Below are positions 58,831 through 64,000 of a DNA stretch of 64,000 bases, one piece after another. Origin of the DNA: Rhodospirillaceae bacterium (GTDB taxonomy: Bacteria; Pseudomonadota; Alphaproteobacteria; Rhodospirillales; Rhodospirillaceae); NCBI GenBank assembly GCA_965262665.1, contig CBDHFR010000003.1, positions 90,811-154,810 of the forward strand, in the 5' to 3' direction. The notes beneath the pieces were generated by a model. It was not told the origin of the DNA. It did not search any database and worked only from the letters and a program-made list of their open reading frames with translations. Positions within the stretch are counted from its first letter, which is position 1, and every line of letters begins with the position of its first letter. Both the position numbers and the translations under genes were made by a program.

Positions 58831-59737
58831 GAGTCGGTTTCGAAAGTCATGCGGCTCGGGCCAATCTGCGGACGAGGAGCATGACGGAGGCGGCGTAGAG
58901 GAAGGCGCGGGCCGAGGCGATGGTGGCCTCGAAGTCCTTTGCCAGTCGCCGGTTGCGGTTGATCCAGGCGAAGAAGCGCTCCACGACCCAGCGGCGCGGT
59001 TGGACGGCGAAGCCGACCTGATCGGGGCTTTTGCGCACGATCTCGACGGCGATCATGGTGGCCGTGGCGACCTTCTCGCCGGCGTAGCCGCTATCGGCAA
59101 AGACCTTCTCGATGAACGGAAACGAGCCGCGTGAGGCGCACAGCAGCGGCCCGCCACCATCGCGGTCCTGGATACTCGCCGGATGCGCCTCGAGCACGAG
59201 GCCGCGCCCGTCGGTGTCGACCAGCGCGTGGCGCTTGCGCCCCTTGATCTTCTTGCCCGCATCGTAGCCGCGGGGGCCACCAGCCTCGGTCGTCTTGACG
59301 CTCTGGCTGTCGATAATCGCGCCGCTCGGGCTGGCCTCGCGTCCGACCCGCTCGCGATCGGCCATGACCAGAAAGTGGTTGATCTTCTCAAGGAGGCCGT
59401 CGTCGCGGAACTTAGCGAACCAGCGATAGATCGTGCCCCACGGTGGTAAATCGCTTGGCAGCAAGCGCCAAGGGCAGCCAGCCCGCATCACGTAGAAAAT
59501 GCCGTTGACGATCTCTCGCATCGGCCATGACCGGGGCCGTCCCGTGCCATGAGCCGGAGGCAAATGAGGCTCGATCACAACCCACTCCGCAGCGGTCAAA
59601 TCAGTCTGATAACGCAGCGCCTTGCGGCTATGCTGCTCTCGGGTGGTCGGCGTCCACATGGCGGCTCCAGATCGGTTTCAGCAACCTTCCTGGAATCACA
59701 TCGACACCGGCCACTCAACCCCTTTCGAAACGGCCTC
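58831..59737 (-). mobile_element. IS5-family (IS427-like) element, copy 2, 907 bp
   Basis: It has the same IRs as copy 1 and is in inverted orientation. The flanks are TTA (58828-58830) and TAA (59738-59740). Confidence 0.85.
58847..59659 (-). CDS. IS5-family transposase (intact, 270 aa)
   Basis: It is a single ORF with the DDE_Tnp_1 pattern (..IIDSQSVKTTE.., ..ADSGYAGEK.., ..RWVVERFFAW..). Confidence 0.9.
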   Translation of the reverse strand: MWTPTTREQHSRKALRYQTDLTAAEWVVIEPHLPPAHGTGRPRSWPMREIVNGIFYVMRAGCPWRLLPSDLPPWGTIYRWFAKFRDDGLLEKINHFLVMADRERVGREASPSGAIIDSQSVKTTEAGGPRGYDAGKKIKGRKRHALVDTDGRGLVLEAHPASIQDRDGGGPLLCASRGSFPFIEKVFADSGYAGEKVATATMIAVEIVRKSPDQVGFAVQPRRWVVERFFAWINRNRRLAKDFEATIASARAFLYAASVMLLVRRLARAA

Positions 59738-59878
59738 TAAGGGTGCCGTCCTTCAAAGTTGAAAAATCTGAACGATATTCTTCGTTTCTTCAAAGGAATT
59801 CCCAAGTCACATCGGACGCGCATATACAATCAAGGGATATATGCTTGTACTCATCGGGATTCTTCCAATTGGGCCAGG

Positions 59879-60949
59879 TCATTTTAGAAAGATCTTCTTA
59901 TTCATAGACCTAACAACCTTGGTCGTATGGTCATCCGACAAGTGCGCATACCGCGCAACCATTTGGTACGTCTTATGACCCAGAACGCTTGCTATTTCTG
60001 GAAGCGAGGCACCGTTCATAGCTAGATAACTAGCCGTACAATGCCTTAGATCATGAAACCGAAAATTCGAGATGTCGGCTTGTCTTAGGGCGGTATACCA
60101 AGATTTTTTTATGTCCAACCGCCCAGTCAGGCCGTTGCCCGGAAAGACAAGCTCGCTTTCTGACGCGCCGCCTTTGAACATTTCTTCAAGAACTGCCTTT
60201 GCTTTGCCAACCAAAGGCACAGCCCGGCGTTCATCGTTCTTGGCTTTTTGGATTATTATTCTCTCATGTTTGAAATCGATATCATCCCACTTTAATGACA
60301 ATATCTCGCTCTTTCGCATTCCAGTGGAGAGAGCCAATACGACGATTGGGTACAGGAATTTGCTACTGCTCCTCCGGCAGACATCCAAGAGTTTTTCTCT
60401 TTCCGCTTCTGAAAGAAACCTAACGCGGGGGCTCGGCTCTTTGAGCTTTGACACATCGCGCATTGGTGACTCATTTAGCCATCTCCACTCCCTCACTGCG
60501 ACGTTCAGGGCATGCGACAGAGCTGCCAGATATCGATTTACAGTCGCCCAACTAATCGCTTCACCGGCCCTGCTCTTTCGCCTAGTTAACCGGTTACGAC
60601 AGTCCACAATCAGGTCAGGTGAAAGGTCAGCGAGTTTCAAGGTTCCAAGTTGATCTCTCCACCACAAGAGCTGTTGTTTTCGTGTGGGAAATGATCGAGG
60701 TCTATTTGGCAGGACCTCTAAAATGTATCGATCTATCAGTTCACGAACGGTGCGCTTTTTGGCTTCAGCAACGTGACTGAATCGGCGCTCGTCGATCGCT
60801 GTTTCGACTGATCGCGCCCATTGCTGGGCGTCGGTCTTGCGTTCGAAGGTCATCGACTGCGCAGGAAACCCACGTTTCCGCACGAGCGCCCTATACCGGG
60901 TCTTTCCGTCCTTAGTGTTTCTCTTCTCGATTGTTGCCACCGGCTGCAC
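59879..60949 (-). CDS. int: Tyrosine site-specific integrase adjacent to tRNA-Lys
   Basis: 356 aa. Catalytic motifs are ..LALSTGMRKSEIL.., ..FHDLRHCTAS.. and ..GHKTYQMVARYAHL... Its 5' end lies 125 nt from the tRNA 3' end. Confidence 0.9.
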   Translation of the reverse strand: MQPVATIEKRNTKDGKTRYRALVRKRGFPAQSMTFERKTDAQQWARSVETAIDERRFSHVAEAKKRTVRELIDRYILEVLPNRPRSFPTRKQQLLWWRDQLGTLKLADLSPDLIVDCRNRLTRRKSRAGEAISWATVNRYLAALSHALNVAVREWRWLNESPMRDVSKLKEPSPRVRFLSEAEREKLLDVCRRSSSKFLYPIVVLALSTGMRKSEILSLKWDDIDFKHERIIIQKAKNDERRAVPLVGKAKAVLEEMFKGGASESELVFPGNGLTGRLDIKKSWYTALRQADISNFRFHDLRHCTASYLAMNGASLPEIASVLGHKTYQMVARYAHLSDDHTTKVVRSMNKKIFLK

Positions 60950-61073
60950 TCCCTTGCTCTTCCGGTATCTTTATGATGCCCCAAGTGTCGTTGGAATTCC
61001 AGCAGAAGTGCACCATTTGTGCACTATAGGAGTTTTCGTGAGTGCAAAATAATGTATAAGTTATTGATATGGC

Positions 61074-61149
<76 letters not shown>

Positions 61150-61255
61150 CACCTGAGCAATCGGGTCGCGGGGAATAAAGCACGCCCCGCTGGAAGTGGC
61201 GGTTTATAAGTTGTCCTAAAGTGAGGCGCAAGTTTCGCTCGCCGGTGAAAGGTAT

Positions 61256-62419
61256 TTACCCTTCATCATAGCCGCCGCGGAGGCCGATCTGCGCATCCCG
61301 GTGGACATGCACACTCATCAACAGCCCCATGCACAACATGGTCGTCAGTAACGCCGTGCCTCCGTAGGAGATCAAGGGTAGCGGCACACCAACCACGGGA
61401 ATCAATCCCATCACCATGGCCACATTGATGAAGACGTAGAGGAAGAATGTCGCTGTCACCCCAATAGCGACCAGCCGGCCGAACTGGTGGCGGCAGCGGA
61501 TGGCGATGGCAAACCCGTATGCCAGCACAATCAGATAGAGCGCGATCAGGCCAACACCGCCAACCAGGCCGAGTTCTTCCGCCAGCATGGTAAAAATGAA
61601 ATCGGTCTGTTGTTCCGGCAAAAAATTGAGATGGCTCTGCGTCCCCTGCAAAAATCCCTTGCCGAACAAGCCACCGGACCCAAGCGCGATTTTGGATTGC
61701 AGAATGTGGTAGCCGGCTCCGAGCGGATCCCGTTCGGGGTTGAGAAACGTCAAGATGCGGTCTTGCTGATAATCTCTCAGCAATGGCCAAACAATGGGAA
61801 TGGCGGCGAGCCCGGCAATAACCAGAGACGCGAATTTCCACAACCGAACCCCCGCCATGAAGAACAGCACACCGGCCCCCATCACCACCATCAGGGCCGT
61901 CCCCAGGTCAGGCTGGCGGATAATCATTACGGTGGGAACGGCCACCATGATCAACGGCAGGATGAGAAACGTTGGCCGACCGGCATCTTCCAAACTGAGA
62001 CTGTGGAAGTAACGGGCCAATGCCAGTACCAGCGCCACTTTCATCAGTTCGGACGGTTGCAGATTGATGATGCCAAGATCGATCCAACGCTGTGCCCCGC
62101 CGCCGATGACGCCGCGCACTTCCACAAAGATGAGGAGGGCAAACACCACGGTATAGAGCAGGTAGGCGTAGCGCATGACCAATCGGATATCGACCATAGC
62201 AATGCACAACAGCAAGACCAGTCCCAGACCGAACCGAATCACCTGCCGCAAGGTCCAAGGGTCCAAGCTGGCGTTGGCCGCGGAATACAGCATGAAGAAC
62301 CCGATGGTAGCGATGGCGCACAGCCAGAACACCAGCGACCAACTGGTCTGCCAGAGTTTTTCCGTCATGGTCATGTCGCCGCGCCGGAGGCGGGCCGCCA
62401 GGAAGCCAGTGTCTGTCAT
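61256..62419 (-). CDS. rodA: Rod-shape-determining SEDS protein RodA
   Basis: 387 aa, polytopic FtsW/RodA/SpoVE pattern (..PSELMK.., ..LPEQQTDFIF.., ..PLPLISYGG..). Its start overlaps the mrdA stop (ATGA). Confidence 0.9.
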   Translation of the reverse strand: MTDTGFLAARLRRGDMTMTEKLWQTSWSLVFWLCAIATIGFFMLYSAANASLDPWTLRQVIRFGLGLVLLLCIAMVDIRLVMRYAYLLYTVVFALLIFVEVRGVIGGGAQRWIDLGIINLQPSELMKVALVLALARYFHSLSLEDAGRPTFLILPLIMVAVPTVMIIRQPDLGTALMVVMGAGVLFFMAGVRLWKFASLVIAGLAAIPIVWPLLRDYQQDRILTFLNPERDPLGAGYHILQSKIALGSGGLFGKGFLQGTQSHLNFLPEQQTDFIFTMLAEELGLVGGVGLIALYLIVLAYGFAIAIRCRHQFGRLVAIGVTATFFLYVFINVAMVMGLIPVVGVPLPLISYGGTALLTTMLCMGLLMSVHVHRDAQIGLRGGYDEG

Positions 62420-64000
62420 GCCGGCGCTCCCGGATCAGTGGTTGCCACCTGATCTTCGTTGACGCGAGGTTTGCGCGAAGGATCGAGCCGCAGCACTTCG
62501 GTCATAATGTCGTGCGCGATGGGAGCCGCAACTGCAGCCCCGCCACCGCCGTGCTCAACCAAAACGGATAGAGCGTATCGCGGATTGTCTTCCGGTGCAT
62601 AAGCGACAAACAAGGCATGGGTGCGTTCGTTCCAGGGAATCTCATCGGCGTCGGGAAGGCCCGCTTCCCGTTCAGCCATAGTGATGCTCTTAACTTGTGT
62701 GGTTCCTGTCTTACCGCTCATCTGAACGCCATCGAGCTTGAGCTTAGATGCGCGTGCCGTTCCGCGCGGTCCGTTTAACACCTCAAACATGCCTTGCCGG
62801 GCAACTGCCATGTGCGATGGATCGATGTTGAGTGTGGCAAACGCTTGCGGCGGACTTTGCACCACAACATCGTTCATCATTATTTGCCGGGTGAGTACAG
62901 GTTCGACCGCCAGGCCGGTGGAAAGTCGTGCTGCCATCACCGCCAATTGCAGTGGCGTTGACAAAACGTATCCCTGTCCGATACCGACGTTGAACGTGTC
63001 TCCTTGTTGCCAGGACTCGCCCATGGTTGCCCGTTTCCAGGCCTCCGTCGGGATCAGGCCGCCCCGCTCCCCAGTCAAACCAATACCGGTGTCCTGCCCC
63101 AGGCCCAACCGTTGAGCCATATCGGCAATACGGTCCACACCCAGGCGTTTGGCAACCTCGTAAAAATAGACATCGCAAGACTGCGCAATGGCTTGCACCA
63201 TATCCATGGCACCGTGTCCGCGGTCTTCCCAACAGTGAAAACGCCGTGTGCCCAAATCCGTGTGACCTTTGCAGAATACGGTTTGATCTGGCGTGATCGC
63301 CCCGTGCTCTAAAGCCGCCAAAGCAACGACCATTTTGAAGGTCGACCCTGGAGAGTGCTGACCGGCAAGAGCCTTGTTGATCATAGGGGCACGGGGATCG
63401 CCGGACAAAGCGTTCCATTCCCGCTGGGTCAGGCCACGATTGAAGGCATTGGGGTCATAACTCGGTGTCGACGCCATCACCAGTACTTCACCGCTGTGCA
63501 CGTCAAGAACAACACTGGCGGCACTTTCTCCGCCCAAGCGGTCCGCTGCAAATCGTTGCAGACGCTCATCCAGTGTTAACGTGAGATCGGTCCCCGCCTC
63601 TCCTTCTTTCCGTTCCAACTCCCGGATGACACGGCCGAGGGCGTTGACTTCCACCTGGCTGTTGCCACCGGACCCGCGCAACGCCAAGTCAAACTCCCGT
63701 TCCATGCCCGCCTTACCAATGCGGAAACCAGGCAATTGTAGAAGTGGTTCGCCCGTTAGGTCTTCCTCGTCAACACTGGAGACGTAACCCAACACATGCG
63801 CAGCGGTTTCCGTTTGTGGATAGAAGCGGGTCAGACCTTCGTCAACCACGACGCCGGGCAGATCGGGCGCGTTCACCTGAATGCGCGCCATTTCCTCCCA
63901 ATTTAGATTTTCCCGTACCGTAATGGGTACAAAACTACGCCGTCGCCGAACTTCCTTTCGCACCCGGTCGCGATCGTACTTGGAAAGCTCAATGACATTT
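62416..64000 (-). CDS. mrdA: Penicillin-binding protein 2 (elongasome transpeptidase), N-terminus outside the window
   Basis: It has SxxK (SPGSTFK), SxN and KTGT motifs. The reading frame is open to the window edge. Confidence 0.9.
   Translation of the reverse strand, partial: NVIELSKYDRDRVRKEVRRRRSFVPITVRENLNWEEMARIQVNAPDLPGVVVDEGLTRFYPQTETAAHVLGYVSSVDEEDLTGEPLLQLPGFRIGKAGMEREFDLALRGSGGNSQVEVNALGRVIRELERKEGEAGTDLTLTLDERLQRFAADRLGGESAASVVLDVHSGEVLVMASTPSYDPNAFNRGLTQREWNALSGDPRAPMINKALAGQHSPGSTFKMVVALAALEHGAITPDQTVFCKGHTDLGTRRFHCWEDRGHGAMDMVQAIAQSCDVYFYEVAKRLGVDRIADMAQRLGLGQDTGIGLTGERGGLIPTEAWKRATMGESWQQGDTFNVGIGQGYVLSTPLQLAVMAARLSTGLAVEPVLTRQIMMNDVVVQSPPQAFATLNIDPSHMAVARQGMFEVLNGPRGTARASKLKLDGVQMSGKTGTTQVKSITMAEREAGLPDADEIPWNERTHALFVAYAPEDNPRYALSVLVEHGGGGAAVAAPIAHDIMTEVLRLDPSRKPRVNEDQVATTDPGAPA

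Overview
GC-rich, alphaproteobacterium-like chromosomal window made almost entirely of accessory DNA. All family calls below come from reading motifs by eye; no searches were run.

Layout from right to left:
- Core cell-wall genes mrdA (partial) and rodA, then tRNA-Lys(CUU) at 61074-61149.
- An integrase-led integrative element (about 46-61 kb). It carries an excisionase-like gene, a Prim-Pol plus RecA-like helicase replication module, and a 1.3-kb iteron-rich non-coding origin-like region.
- Its AT-richer cargo region holds a frameshifted mug, two overlapping PD-(D/E)xK nuclease-like genes, an SRAP gene and several orphan ORFs. A decayed IS21 cuts this region.
- A decaying catabolic/transport island (24.3-41.7 kb) with an aldehyde dehydrogenase, hydrolases, tandem amidohydrolase duplicates and methyltransferase paralogues. 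One GT61 gene is split by IS5, and several other genes carry single-base lesions.
- A yjfIJKLMC-like PspA membrane-stress cluster (12.4-20.5 kb), expanded with a K+ channel, a carboxynorspermidine decarboxylase and a DUF3326 gene.
- RES-Xre and Doc toxin-antitoxin loci, a relaxase remnant, a myo-inositol-phosphate synthase plus methyltransferase pair, and a P4-type integrase with an integrase fragment at the left edge.

IS load is heavy: one IS481-like copy plus four orphan termini, three IS630 copies plus one end remnant, an IS1595-like element nested in an IS630, two inverted IS5 copies, and IS21 pieces. I saw no CRISPR array, rRNA or phage structural genes.

The best candidates for something undescribed are the coupled nuclease pair at 51.7-53.6 kb with its surrounding orphan cargo, and the expanded PspA/polyamine cluster.
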